Assembly (NCBI GenBank): GCA_902800055.1
Contig: CADCCW010000007.1
Coordinates: 3,788-67,787, forward strand
Source: an uncultured bacterium
GTDB lineage: Bacteria; Verrucomicrobiota; Kiritimatiellia; RFP12; UBA1067
Length of the DNA: 64,000 bases
Direction: 5' to 3'
Part shown: positions 26,879-36,297 of the stretch, in pieces
Layout of the letters: every line of letters begins with the position of its first letter
How positions within the stretch are numbered: the first letter of the stretch is position 1
Made by a program: the position numbers and the translations under genes
Notes under the pieces: model-generated
What the model saw: only the letters and a program-made list of their open reading frames with translations
What the model was told of the DNA's origin: nothing
Databases searched by the model: none

Positions 26879-28326
26879 TGAGGCTTAAGTCCGCGATAGT
26901 CGCGCTTGCCGCGCTTGTCGCCGCCGGCTGCTCCACCATCGCCGCGGCTCGCCGTGCCCAGCGCGCCGCGGAGCCTGCCGCCAGCGGCGAGCAGGCCGCC
27001 GTCGGTCGCGTCTCGCTCGCGGGGCGCGGCCTCGCCGGACTCGTCGACTTCGCGCTCACCAACCGTCCCCAGATTGTGCGTTCGCGGCTGGCGGTGGAGG
27101 ACGAGCGGTTGGCGCTCCGTGCGCTTGCCGCCGACGCGCCGCTCGCGAGCTCCACGCCCTGGACTGCCCTCACGGCGTCAGTTGGCGCCGGCTTCGGCGG
27201 CTCGGAGTCATCCCAGGACTTCCGCGAGGCGAAGCGCATCCACGGCGGCACTGCCTCGGCCTCGCTGTCGCTTGACCTGCTGATCTGGGACTTCGGCCGC
27301 TACAATGCCCGCGCCTCGGCGCAGCGCGAGCGCGTCCTCGCCGCGGAGCTGGACCTCGCCGCCGCCGGCTACACCGTGTTCAAGGAAGTCGTAGACACCT
27401 ACTTCGACCTCCTGGAGCGCGATGCGCTGCTCGTCGTCGCCTGCACCAACGAACTCGAGTTCGCGGTGCATCTCGAGCAGGCCGAGCGCGCGCTCGAGGC
27501 CGGCGAGTTGCAGGAGCTGGACGTCCTCCGGGCGCGGCTCGACCTCTCGGTCGCGAAGGAGGAGACGCTTTCGGCGTCCAACGCCGTCACCACCGCCTTC
27601 GCCAAGCTCGCGTGCGCGCTCGGGCTCGACGCTTCGCTCGTCGAACGCGAGGACGTGCTGCCGCGCATGGAGGATCCGCTCCGCTTCGTCATGCAGGGCT
27701 TTGCCGCGACGACCGACGGCTCGGACGAGGTCTACGCCTTCGCCCGTACCAACTCTCCGGCGATGCAGGTAACACGCGCCAAGCTGCGCGCGGCGTCCGC
27801 GGCGGTTGACGCGGCGATCGCGGACCTGATGCCGGAGGTGTCGGTGTCGGCGTCGCTTTCCTGGACCGATCCGATGTGGGCGCTGAAGTGGGGCGTGTCG
27901 GCGGTGCAGTCGCTCTTCCAGGGCTTCCGCCGCACCACGGCGGTCGACCGCGCGCGGGTGGCGCTGGAGCAGGCCGAGACCGACGTTGCCGCCGCCGAGC
28001 ATGCGCTCTCGCGCGACCTGGAGCTCGCGGTCGCCGCGCGCGACAACGCCGCCGAGGCGCGGCTGCGCGCCGAGGACTCGCTCCGCCAGGCGCTGGAGAA
28101 CTTCGCGGTGGTGAGGAGCAAGTTCGAGCTCGGCGAGGCCAACCGGGTGGACTTCGGGGACGCCGTCGCGGCGCTCTCGTCGTCGGTCGGCGGCGTCGTG
28201 AGCGCGTTCTATCGCGGCCAGGTCGCCGAAGCCGACCTCTTCAGGCTCGCCGGGGTGTATCCTGTTTACGACGAAAAGGCTGTCGTCGCGAGCGACGCGA
28301 TCAACAAGCTGGAGGAAGGAAAATGA
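26878..28326 (+). CDS. TolC family outer membrane efflux protein
   Basis: TAATG overlap with the fucosidase gene. Lipobox LVAAGC. Duplicated helical repeats are typical of OEP/TolC. Confidence 0.8.
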   Translation: MRLKSAIVALAALVAAGCSTIAAARRAQRAAEPAASGEQAAVGRVSLAGRGLAGLVDFALTNRPQIVRSRLAVEDERLALRALAADAPLASSTPWTALTASVGAGFGGSESSQDFREAKRIHGGTASASLSLDLLIWDFGRYNARASAQRERVLAAELDLAAAGYTVFKEVVDTYFDLLERDALLVVACTNELEFAVHLEQAERALEAGELQELDVLRARLDLSVAKEETLSASNAVTTAFAKLACALGLDASLVEREDVLPRMEDPLRFVMQGFAATTDGSDEVYAFARTNSPAMQVTRAKLRAASAAVDAAIADLMPEVSVSASLSWTDPMWALKWGVSAVQSLFQGFRRTTAVDRARVALEQAETDVAAAEHALSRDLELAVAARDNAAEARLRAEDSLRQALENFAVVRSKFELGEANRVDFGDAVAALSSSVGGVVSAFYRGQVAEADLFRLAGVYPVYDEKAVVASDAINKLEEGK

Positions 28327-29600
28327 CGAGATGCGCGATTGCCGCGGCCGCGCTGGCGGCGGCGCTTGTTACCGGGTGCTCCGACGGCGGCGCCGCCGGG
28401 TCGTCCAAGAATGGGCCGGCGTTCCGGTTCGCGCCGATCGTGCGGACGGACATCGTGCGCACGGTGGAGGCGACCGGCAAGGTGACGCCGCGCAACACCG
28501 CCGACGGCATCCCCGTCGGCGCGCAGGTGAACGGCAAGGTCATCAAGATGTTCGTGGACTACAACTCCACCGTCACCAACGGCCAGGTGGTGGCGCTCAT
28601 CGACCCGCTCGTCTACGAGGCGACGTACAAGAGCGCACTGGCGCAGCTGCACGTCAACGAGGCCAACGTCGAGGTGCGCCGGGCGGCGGTGGAGTCCGCC
28701 AAGGCGGCGCTCGACCTCGCCGAGAAGACGTTCGCGCGCAAGCAGTCGCTCGCCGAGCGCAAGCTCGCCGCGCAGGCCGACTTCGACAGCGCTGAGTCCG
28801 CGCTCGCCCGCGCGAAGGCGGACCTCGGCAGCGCCGAGGCGGCGGTGAAGAGCGCGCTCGCGAGCGTCGAGCAGAGCGAGGCGGCGGTGAGCAAGGCGAA
28901 GGCCGACCTCGACTACTGCACCATCCGCTCGCCAGTCAACGGCGTGGTGATCGCGCGCAAGGTGGACGAGGGCGAGACCGTGGTCTCGTCCATGAATGCG
29001 GTGCCGGTGCTGACGATCGCCGAGGACCTGAAGACGATCTGGATCGAGGCGACGGTGCCCGAGGCCGACGTCGGCGACATCAAGGTGGGGCAGGAGGTCA
29101 CCTTCACCGCCGACGCCTACCGCCGCCGCTTCAAGGGCAAGGTGCGGCAGATCCGCCTCGCCGCCACCACCACCAACAACGTGGTCACCTATCCGATCAT
29201 CATCGAGGCGGACAACCCCGGCGAGATGCTCTTCCCAGGCATGACCGCCACGCTCTCCATCGAGACGGCGCGCGCCGAAAACGCGGTCGTCGTCTCTGCG
29301 GCGGCGTTCAGGTTCCGTCCCAAGGACTCCGACCGGGCTTCGGGCGAGGCGCCGCGCGGCCGGAAGATCTGGCTCGTCGGGCCGGACGGCAAGCTCTCCG
29401 CCCGGGCGGTCTCCGAGGGCGTGACCGACGGCTCCTTCACCCAGATCCTCGACGCCGACGACCTCGAGGGCTCCCAGGCGGTTGCCGGCTACGAGACGGC
29501 CCGCACCGCCGCGGCGGCGTCCGGCGACACCCGCAATCCGTTCATGCCCAAGATGCCGCGCCGCGGCACCAGCGGCACCGCACCCGAGCCGAAGAAGTAA
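28323..29600 (+). CDS. efflux periplasmic adaptor (HlyD/MacA family)
   Basis: ATGA overlap. Lipobox LVTGC. Coiled-coil hairpin and beta-barrel (CTIRSPVNGVVIARKVDEGE). Confidence 0.85.
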   Translation: MTRCAIAAAALAAALVTGCSDGGAAGSSKNGPAFRFAPIVRTDIVRTVEATGKVTPRNTADGIPVGAQVNGKVIKMFVDYNSTVTNGQVVALIDPLVYEATYKSALAQLHVNEANVEVRRAAVESAKAALDLAEKTFARKQSLAERKLAAQADFDSAESALARAKADLGSAEAAVKSALASVEQSEAAVSKAKADLDYCTIRSPVNGVVIARKVDEGETVVSSMNAVPVLTIAEDLKTIWIEATVPEADVGDIKVGQEVTFTADAYRRRFKGKVRQIRLAATTTNNVVTYPIIIEADNPGEMLFPGMTATLSIETARAENAVVVSAAAFRFRPKDSDRASGEAPRGRKIWLVGPDGKLSARAVSEGVTDGSFTQILDADDLEGSQAVAGYETARTAAAASGDTRNPFMPKMPRRGTSGTAPEPKK

Positions 29601-30298
29601 TGTCTCACCTCATCGAGCTAAGGGACCTCTACAAGATCTACGCGCAGGGCGAGGAGCCGGTGCACGCGCTGGACGGCGTATCGGTCTCGGTCGACGATGG
29701 GGAGTTCGTCGCGATCATGGGCGCGTCCGGCTCGGGCAAGTCGACGATGCTCAACATCCTCGGCTGCCTCGACACGCCGACCTCCGGTTCCTACCTGCTC
29801 GACGGCATCGAGGTCGCGCGGCGCTCGCGGCGAGAGCTCGCGCAGATCCGCAACCGCAAGCTCGGGTTCGTGTTCCAGAACTTCAACCTGCTGCCGCGCA
29901 TCAGCGCGGTGGAGCAGGTGGAGCTGCCCGACCTCTATATGGGCAGGCTCTCCCGCTCCGCCCGCCGCCGCCGCGCGCTGGAGCTCCTCGACCGCGTGGG
30001 GCTCGGCGGCCGCGCCACCCACAAGCCGTCGGAGCTCTCCGGCGGCCAGCAGCAGCGCGTAGCCATCGCTCGCGCGCTCATGAACGAACCGCCGGTGCTC
30101 TTCGCCGACGAGCCGACCGGCAACCTCGACACCAAGGCGTCGGTCGAGATCATGAAGCTCTTCACCGAGCTTTCCGCCGAGGGGATAACCATCGTGATGG
30201 TCACCCACGAGGACGACATCGCCGCCTACGCGAAGCGCCACCTGGTGATGAAGGACGGCAAGCTGGTCCGCGACGACCGGCGGGAGGCAGCGCAGTGA
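29600..30298 (+). CDS. ABC transporter ATP-binding protein (MacB/LolD type)
   Basis: [35 protein letters not shown]. Confidence 0.92.
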   Translation: MSHLIELRDLYKIYAQGEEPVHALDGVSVSVDDGEFVAIMGASGSGKSTMLNILGCLDTPTSGSYLLDGIEVARRSRRELAQIRNRKLGFVFQNFNLLPRISAVEQVELPDLYMGRLSRSARRRRALELLDRVGLGGRATHKPSELSGGQQQRVAIARALMNEPPVLFADEPTGNLDTKASVEIMKLFTELSAEGITIVMVTHEDDIAAYAKRHLVMKDGKLVRDDRREAAQ

Positions 30299-31524
30299 AC
30301 TTCGGCATGGTCTTCAAGGTGGCGATCCTCGCCATCATGCGCAACAAGACGCGCTCGCTCCTCACCTGCATCGGCATCATCGTCGGCATCGCCGCGGTCA
30401 TCTCGGTGCTGGCGATCGGCAAGGGCGCATCGACGATGATGGTGAAGGAGATCTCGTCGATGGGGAACAACCTGATGATGGTCTTCCCCGACCGCAACCG
30501 GAAGGGCGCGGTGAGGAGCGGCATGGGCGCGGGCGAGACTATGACCGCCGGCGACGCGGAGGCGGTCAAGCGCGAGCTCGGCCACCTCGTCAGCGGCGTC
30601 TCGCCGGCGGTGAACGTCTCCTGCCAGCTCATCCGCGACAACCGCAACTGGAACTGCCGCGTGAGCGGGGTGAGCTACGACATGCCGGAGATCCGCAACT
30701 GGAACGTCGCCGAGGGCAGGTTCTTCGAGGAGTCGGAGCAGCGCGCCTGCGCCCGCGTCTGCGTGATCGGCACGACGGTCAAGGCCAATCTCTTCGACGA
30801 AGGCGAGGAGGCGGTCGGCGCCACCATCCGCATGGGCGCGATGCCGTTCAAGGTGGTCGGCGTGCTCGCGGCGAAGGGCGCGAACAGCTGGGGGCAGGAC
30901 CAGGACGACACGGTGATGGCCCCGTACACCACGGTCGGACGGGTGCTCCAGCGCTCCAAGTTCCGCTCGATCAACATGATGAACATCTCGCTCTGGTCGC
31001 TGGACGACAACGAAGAGGCGAAGCGCGAGGTGACGGCGCTCCTCCGGCAGCGGCACAACCTCGCCGACTACCAGGACGACGACTTCGAGACGCGCGACAC
31101 CACCGAGATCATGAACACGATGGGGTCGGTGACCGGCCTCATGACTGTGCTCCTCACCGCGGTCGCGGCGATTTCGCTGCTCGTCGGCGGCATCGGCATC
31201 ATGAACATCATGCTCGTCTCGGTGACCGAGCGCATCAAGGAGATCGGCCTGAGGATGGCGATCGGCGCCACCCCGGCCTGCATCCTCTGGCAGTTCATCC
31301 TCGAGGCGGTGGTGTTGTCGACGGTTGGCGGGGCGATAGGCGTCGCGCTCGGCGTGGGCGCGGCGAAGGTGATCGGCGAGGTCAACCACTGGCCGATCGT
31401 GATCGAGTTCTCGAGCGCGGTGTACTCGTTCCTGTTCTCGTCCTTCGTCGGCATGTTCTTCGGCTTCTACCCGGCCTACCGCGCCTCCAAACTCAACCCG
31501 ATCGACTGCCTGCGCTACGAGTAG
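30295..31524 (+). CDS. ABC transporter permease (MacB periplasmic domain plus FtsX)
   Basis: GTGA overlap; an alternative ATG is at 30307. N-terminal TM, large periplasmic domain and C-terminal FtsX helices. Ends PIDCLRYE*. Confidence 0.88.
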   Translation: MNFGMVFKVAILAIMRNKTRSLLTCIGIIVGIAAVISVLAIGKGASTMMVKEISSMGNNLMMVFPDRNRKGAVRSGMGAGETMTAGDAEAVKRELGHLVSGVSPAVNVSCQLIRDNRNWNCRVSGVSYDMPEIRNWNVAEGRFFEESEQRACARVCVIGTTVKANLFDEGEEAVGATIRMGAMPFKVVGVLAAKGANSWGQDQDDTVMAPYTTVGRVLQRSKFRSINMMNISLWSLDDNEEAKREVTALLRQRHNLADYQDDDFETRDTTEIMNTMGSVTGLMTVLLTAVAAISLLVGGIGIMNIMLVSVTERIKEIGLRMAIGATPACILWQFILEAVVLSTVGGAIGVALGVGAAKVIGEVNHWPIVIEFSSAVYSFLFSSFVGMFFGFYPAYRASKLNPIDCLRYE

Positions 31525-31549
31525 CCACTTGCGCTATCCGCGGCAAATA

Positions 31550-31558
31550 TGATATACT
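31550..31558 (+). promoter_or_regulatory. extended -10 promoter (TGATATACT) for tRNA-Ala
   Basis: Lies 17 nt upstream of the mature tRNA 5' end. Confidence 0.5.
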
Positions 31559-31575
31559 ACGCGCCAATCGTGAAT

Positions 31576-31651
31576 GGGGAAGTAGCTCAGTTGGTAGAGC
31601 ATCACGTTCGCAACGTGGGGGTCGGGAGTTCGAATCTCCTCTTCTCCACCA
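31576..31651 (+). tRNA. tRNA-Ala (anticodon CGC)
   Basis: Manual cloverleaf: acceptor GGGGAAG/CTTCTCC with G3:U70, D arm GCTC-AGTTGGTA-GAGC, anticodon loop TTCGCAA, T arm GGGAG-TTCGAAT-CTCCT. Encoded CCA. 76 nt. Confidence 0.93.
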
Positions 31652-31684
31652 TCACGTTCAGGGCCGTCCGCCGACGCGGGAATT

Positions 31685-31693
31685 TGGTATAAT
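31685..31693 (+). promoter_or_regulatory. extended -10 promoter (TGGTATAAT), near-leaderless DUF2723 gene
   Basis: The hexamer ends 9 nt before ATG 31703. Confidence 0.55.
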
Positions 31694-31702
31694 ACACAGG
31701 TT

Positions 31703-34700
31703 ATGAAGGACAGGTTTTTCTCAAAGCTGGACTGGGCTGCGTTCTGGACGGCCACGGTCGCCACTTTCGCGGTGTATTTCTACACCCTCGGGCCATCCGT
31801 GGGGCTGGAGGACTCGGGCGAGCTCGCCACCGCCGCCGCCAACCTCGGCGTGCCGCATCCTCCTGGGTATCCGTTCTGGACCTTCTGCTCCTGGCTTTTC
31901 TGCAAGGCGTTCTCCTTCGTCACCTACATGGGCCATCCGACGCCGGCGTGGTGCGTCTCGCTCTGCTCGGCCGTCTTTGGCGCCTTCGCCGCGGGCTGCA
32001 CGGCGATGCTGATCTGCCGCTCGGGGCGGGACTTCGTCGACGGCGAGGAGGGGCCTGGCGCGTGGCTCTGCTTCGGCGGCGGCGTCGCCGGCGCGCTGAC
32101 CTTCGCGCTTTCGCCGGTCGAGTGGTCGCAGTCGACGATCGTCGAGATCTACTCGCTCAACGCGCTCTTCCTGATGTGGGTGTTCCTGCTGTCCTACCGC
32201 TGGATGCGCCGGCCGTCCGACAAGATCCTCTGGACGACGGCCTTCGTCTTCGGCCTCGGCCTCACCAACTACCAGGTGCTTTTGTTCGCGATCGTGCCGC
32301 TCGCGCTTGTCATCGCGATGAAGAACATCGGCATGTTCCGGGACGTGTTCATCTACCTCACCCCGGTCGCGCTCACCTACCAGGTGCTGCAGATCGGCCA
32401 GCTCGTGCGCGCCGACCGCGTGATGAGCGCGGACGCGATCAACAAGCACCTGCCGCTGAAGGCGGCGACGGTGCCGTCCACCACGGTGCTGGTCCTCGGC
32501 CTTGCGGCTATCGTCGTGTCCATCGCCGCCGCGGCGTTCCTGAGCCGCCGCGGCAGCCGCGAGCGTGCGCGCAAGGTGGCGCTCTTTGGCGGCGTGGGCG
32601 GCGTCGTGCTGATGCTCGCGTCGATGTATATCTTTTCGTCGATTTCGGTGTGGGGCGGGGCGGACCTCGAGCTTGCGCCGCTCGTAGAGCCGTGGCGCTA
32701 CCTGCTCGTGGCCGCGTGCGCGGCAGGCTCGGTCGTCGCCGCGGCGCTGGCGGCGCTGCGTCCGGCGGAGGATCCCGAGCCGGACGGGTTCGCCGCGCGC
32801 GTCAAGGCGCAGTTCTGCCGCGAGCTCTGGATCGCGGTCGCGCTCGCGGCGCTGGCGGTGGTGTTCGCGACGATGGTGCCGCAGGCCGGCGACGGCGGCT
32901 ACCTGGGGCCGAAGTATCCCTGGGGCAAGTCGACGCTCGTCTTCGTCCTGGTGCTGGCGGCGCTGTTCGCGATGTGCTCCTCGACGCCGCGCGGGCTCTC
33001 CTTCGCGGTGCCGGTGGCCGGCCTCCACATCGCGGCGTTCGTGCTCCTCTCGCGCGGTGCGCTCAACGGGCTCACGCATCCGACCACCTGGTACTTCTGC
33101 TGGCCGGTCGCCTGGAACTTCGCGCTGCTGGCGCTTTCGGTGCTGACGTTGCCGAACGGGCTCAGTGTCGCCGGCGCGGCGTTCTTCGCGCAGCTCGGGG
33201 TGAGCTTCTACGCCTACATGCCGATCGTCTCCGACCTCAGGAACCCGCCGATGAACTGGGGCTACCCGCGCACCTGGGAGGGCTTCAAGCACGCGATCAT
33301 GCGCGGCCAGTACGAGGCGATCGGCTTCCAGCTGCCGAAGTGGGGCGCGATTCTCGAGTACTTCAAGGACGTGCGGGTGCAGTTCACCGACGTGATGATC
33401 CCGTTCGCGCTGGTGCCGTTCGTCGCCGGGCGTTGGATCGTGAGGAAGGAGAACCGCAAGGCGTTCTGGCAGTGGATGGTGCCGGTGCTCGTGTGCTTCC
33501 TCCTGATGAGCGTGCTGCTCGTCGGCCTCGCGAACGTGAAGGGCGACCTGCAGGACGGCTTCATCCAGAAGGTGAAGTTCATCTCCTCGCACGCGATGAT
33601 CGCGCTCTGGATCGGCTACGGCCTCGTCTTCGCCTGCGCGTTCGCGCTTCGGAAGGCGGGCGAGCGCGGGCTGCTCGCCGGCGGCAGGGTGCGCCTCGCC
33701 GCCTTCGCCGCCGCCGCGCTGATGATCGCCGTCTCGTTCTTTGCGCCGCTCGTCGACAACTACTGCGGCGACTACCGGCTCGGCGTGAACGAGGTCGCGT
33801 TCAAGCTCGGCGGTTCGGAGCAGAACGGCCACACCTTCGGCTGGCAGTTCGGCGCCTACCAGCTCGAGGGCGCGAAGGCGATCAACGAGCAGATCGAGGC
33901 CGACGAGGAGCCGCTTCCCGACCCGACCTGGCCGCCGCCGATGGAGAAGTACTCCATCTTCTTCGGCGGCACCGACCCGGGCCGCTTCGTGCCCACCTAC
34001 ATGATCTACTCGGCGCTATTTCGCCCCGACGTCTACCTCATCACCCAGAATGCCCTTGCCGACGACACCTACATGTCGGTCGAGCGCGACCTCTACGGCG
34101 ACGAGATCTGGATTCCGTCCAAGGAGGACTCTGCCGAGGCGTTCAACGTCTACGTCGACGAGGTGCAGCGCGGCGTGAGGCCGGCGAACGGCGACGTGAA
34201 GATCGAGAACGGCCGCGTGCAGGTGACGGGCGCGCTCGGGGTGATGGAGATCAACGGCATCCTCACCAAGATGATGCACGACCACGACCGCCTGCGCCAC
34301 GCGTTCTACGTAGAGGAGTCGTACGTCATCCCGTGGATGTACCCGTACCTGAGCCCGCACGGCCTCATCATGAAGATCAACGCGGACCGCACCCCCTACG
34401 ACGCGAAGACCGCGGCGAAGGACCGCGACTTCTGGGACTGGTACGTGCGGCGGCTCCTGAACGACCCCGCCTACCGGCGCGACTTCGCCGGACAGAAGAG
34501 CTTCTCCAAGCTCCGCGCCGCCATCGCCGGGCTCTACATCAAGCAGGGCCGCTACCGCGAGGGATCCCAGGCCTTCCGCGAGGCGTGCCTCCTCTACCCC
34601 GCCTCGCCCGAGGCGACGTTCCGCTACGCCCAGGAGTGCCTGATGCCGTTCCGGAAGTGGAACGAGACGCTTGAGCTGATGGACTACACCGACCTCATCG

Positions 34701-35221
34701 ACCCCAACAACCGCCGCACCCGCCAGCTGCGCGACTACGTGACCAGAATCCGCGCGCTCACCGAGGAGACCGAGCGGCTTGAGGGCAAGCGCCGCTCCGG
34801 CAATCTCACCAACGCGGAGTCGCTCGCGCTTGCGCGCTGCTACTACGAGATGGGCAGGACGGTTGAGGCGGCCTCGCTCGTGCAGCCGATCGCCGACTCA
34901 CTCCAGAGCCCGTCCGACCTGCGCTTGGCGGCGACGGTCCTCCGCGAGGCGAGGCGCGCCGCCGAGGCGGAGAAGGTCCTCGACCGCTACCTCCGCGCGG
35001 TGCCGTCAGACGCAGACGCCTGGCTGGAGCTTGCCATTTTCCAGCACCGCTCCAACCGCCGGTCCAAGGCGATGGCCAGCTTCGACCAGGCGGTGCGCGC
35101 CGACGCCCGCGCTGTCGAGGCGCGGCTCCAGAAGCGCGAGCCGGACCTGATGGAAATCTACACCGGCTGGACCCGCCACCAGCCAGCCGCGCAGCGCCGC
35201 CAGCCGTCCTCGGTGTGGTGA
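31703..35221 (+). CDS. DUF2723 (GT-C-like) polytopic membrane protein with C-terminal TPR region
   Basis: DSGELATAAANLGVPHPPGYPFWT signature, more than 10 TM helices, and a TPR-like tail. 1172 aa. Confidence 0.85.
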   Translation: MKDRFFSKLDWAAFWTATVATFAVYFYTLGPSVGLEDSGELATAAANLGVPHPPGYPFWTFCSWLFCKAFSFVTYMGHPTPAWCVSLCSAVFGAFAAGCTAMLICRSGRDFVDGEEGPGAWLCFGGGVAGALTFALSPVEWSQSTIVEIYSLNALFLMWVFLLSYRWMRRPSDKILWTTAFVFGLGLTNYQVLLFAIVPLALVIAMKNIGMFRDVFIYLTPVALTYQVLQIGQLVRADRVMSADAINKHLPLKAATVPSTTVLVLGLAAIVVSIAAAAFLSRRGSRERARKVALFGGVGGVVLMLASMYIFSSISVWGGADLELAPLVEPWRYLLVAACAAGSVVAAALAALRPAEDPEPDGFAARVKAQFCRELWIAVALAALAVVFATMVPQAGDGGYLGPKYPWGKSTLVFVLVLAALFAMCSSTPRGLSFAVPVAGLHIAAFVLLSRGALNGLTHPTTWYFCWPVAWNFALLALSVLTLPNGLSVAGAAFFAQLGVSFYAYMPIVSDLRNPPMNWGYPRTWEGFKHAIMRGQYEAIGFQLPKWGAILEYFKDVRVQFTDVMIPFALVPFVAGRWIVRKENRKAFWQWMVPVLVCFLLMSVLLVGLANVKGDLQDGFIQKVKFISSHAMIALWIGYGLVFACAFALRKAGERGLLAGGRVRLAAFAAAALMIAVSFFAPLVDNYCGDYRLGVNEVAFKLGGSEQNGHTFGWQFGAYQLEGAKAINEQIEADEEPLPDPTWPPPMEKYSIFFGGTDPGRFVPTYMIYSALFRPDVYLITQNALADDTYMSVERDLYGDEIWIPSKEDSAEAFNVYVDEVQRGVRPANGDVKIENGRVQVTGALGVMEINGILTKMMHDHDRLRHAFYVEESYVIPWMYPYLSPHGLIMKINADRTPYDAKTAAKDRDFWDWYVRRLLNDPAYRRDFAGQKSFSKLRAAIAGLYIKQGRYREGSQAFREACLLYPASPEATFRYAQECLMPFRKWNETLELMDYTDLIDPNNRRTRQLRDYVTRIRALTEETERLEGKRRSGNLTNAESLALARCYYEMGRTVEAASLVQPIADSLQSPSDLRLAATVLREARRAAEAEKVLDRYLRAVPSDADAWLELAIFQHRSNRRSKAMASFDQAVRADARAVEARLQKREPDLMEIYTGWTRHQPAAQRRQPSSVW

Positions 35222-35264
35222 GCGGTTAGCGGCAAGTCGTTTTTCAAAGAAAGGAGACAACAAC

Positions 35265-36293
35265 ATGAAAGCGCCCAAGAAGGGAATCAAGTGGGAGAAG
35301 CTCGGCTTTGGCTTCTCCGACGTCAACTGCCACCTCAGGATGACCTGGAAGGACGGCAAGTGGTCGAAGCCGAAGTTCGTCAAGGACCCGTGGATCAAGA
35401 TGCACATCGGCGCGGCCTGCCTCCACTACGGTCAGGAGTGCTTCGAGGGCATCAAGGCCTTCCGCCAGAAGAGCGGCAAGATCGTCATCTTCCGCCCCGA
35501 CGAGAACGCCAAGCGCATGTACAGGACGGCCGAGCGCACCTGCATGCCGCCGATTCCGGTGAAGACCTTCATCGAGTGCTGCAAGGCGGTCGTCAGGAAG
35601 AACGCCGAGTACGTGCCGCCGTTCGGCACCGGCGGGTCGATGTACCTCCGTCCGCTCCTGATCGGAACCGGTCCGCAGATCGGCGTCGCGCCGGCGAAGG
35701 AATACACTTTCATGATCATGGTCATGCCGGTCGGCGCCTACTACAAGGGCGGCATCAAGCCGGTGCGGGCGGTCATCTTCGACCAGTGGGACCGCGCCGC
35801 GCCCCACGGCATGGGCGACGTCAAGGTCGGCGGCAACTACGCCGCGGGCATCTTCGCGCACGAGAAGGCGAAGAAGGAAGGCTGGCCGGTCGAGCTCTAC
35901 CTCGACGCCAAGACCCACAAGTACATCGAGGAGTTCGCAACCTCCAACTTCGCCGGCATCACCAAGGACGGCGCGTATGTGACTCCCGACTCCTGCTCGG
36001 TGCTCCCCTCGGTCACCAACATGTCGCTCCGCCAGTGCGCGAAGGACCTCGGCATCAAGGTCGAGGTGCGCCCGGTGCCCTACACCGAGGTGAAGAAGCT
36101 CAAGGCCGTCGCCGCGCTCGGCACGGCGGTCGTCATCACGCCCGTCTGGGAAATCACCCGCGGCAAGGAGGTGATCAAGGTGTCCGACCCCGAGGTCGTC
36201 CATCCGACCCTGCAGAAGCTCTACGACCGCGTCCAGGGCATCCAGTACGGACTCGTCCCCGACCGCCACCACTGGTGCTTCGAGGTCAAGTAG
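35265..36293 (+). CDS. ilvE: branched-chain amino acid aminotransferase
   Basis: AAAGGAGA SD. LHYGQECFEGIKAF, GTGGSMYLRPLLIG and VKVGGNYA are class IV aminotransferase motifs. Confidence 0.9.
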   Translation: MKAPKKGIKWEKLGFGFSDVNCHLRMTWKDGKWSKPKFVKDPWIKMHIGAACLHYGQECFEGIKAFRQKSGKIVIFRPDENAKRMYRTAERTCMPPIPVKTFIECCKAVVRKNAEYVPPFGTGGSMYLRPLLIGTGPQIGVAPAKEYTFMIMVMPVGAYYKGGIKPVRAVIFDQWDRAAPHGMGDVKVGGNYAAGIFAHEKAKKEGWPVELYLDAKTHKYIEEFATSNFAGITKDGAYVTPDSCSVLPSVTNMSLRQCAKDLGIKVEVRPVPYTEVKKLKAVAALGTAVVITPVWEITRGKEVIKVSDPEVVHPTLQKLYDRVQGIQYGLVPDRHHWCFEVK

Positions 36294-36297
36294 CCAC

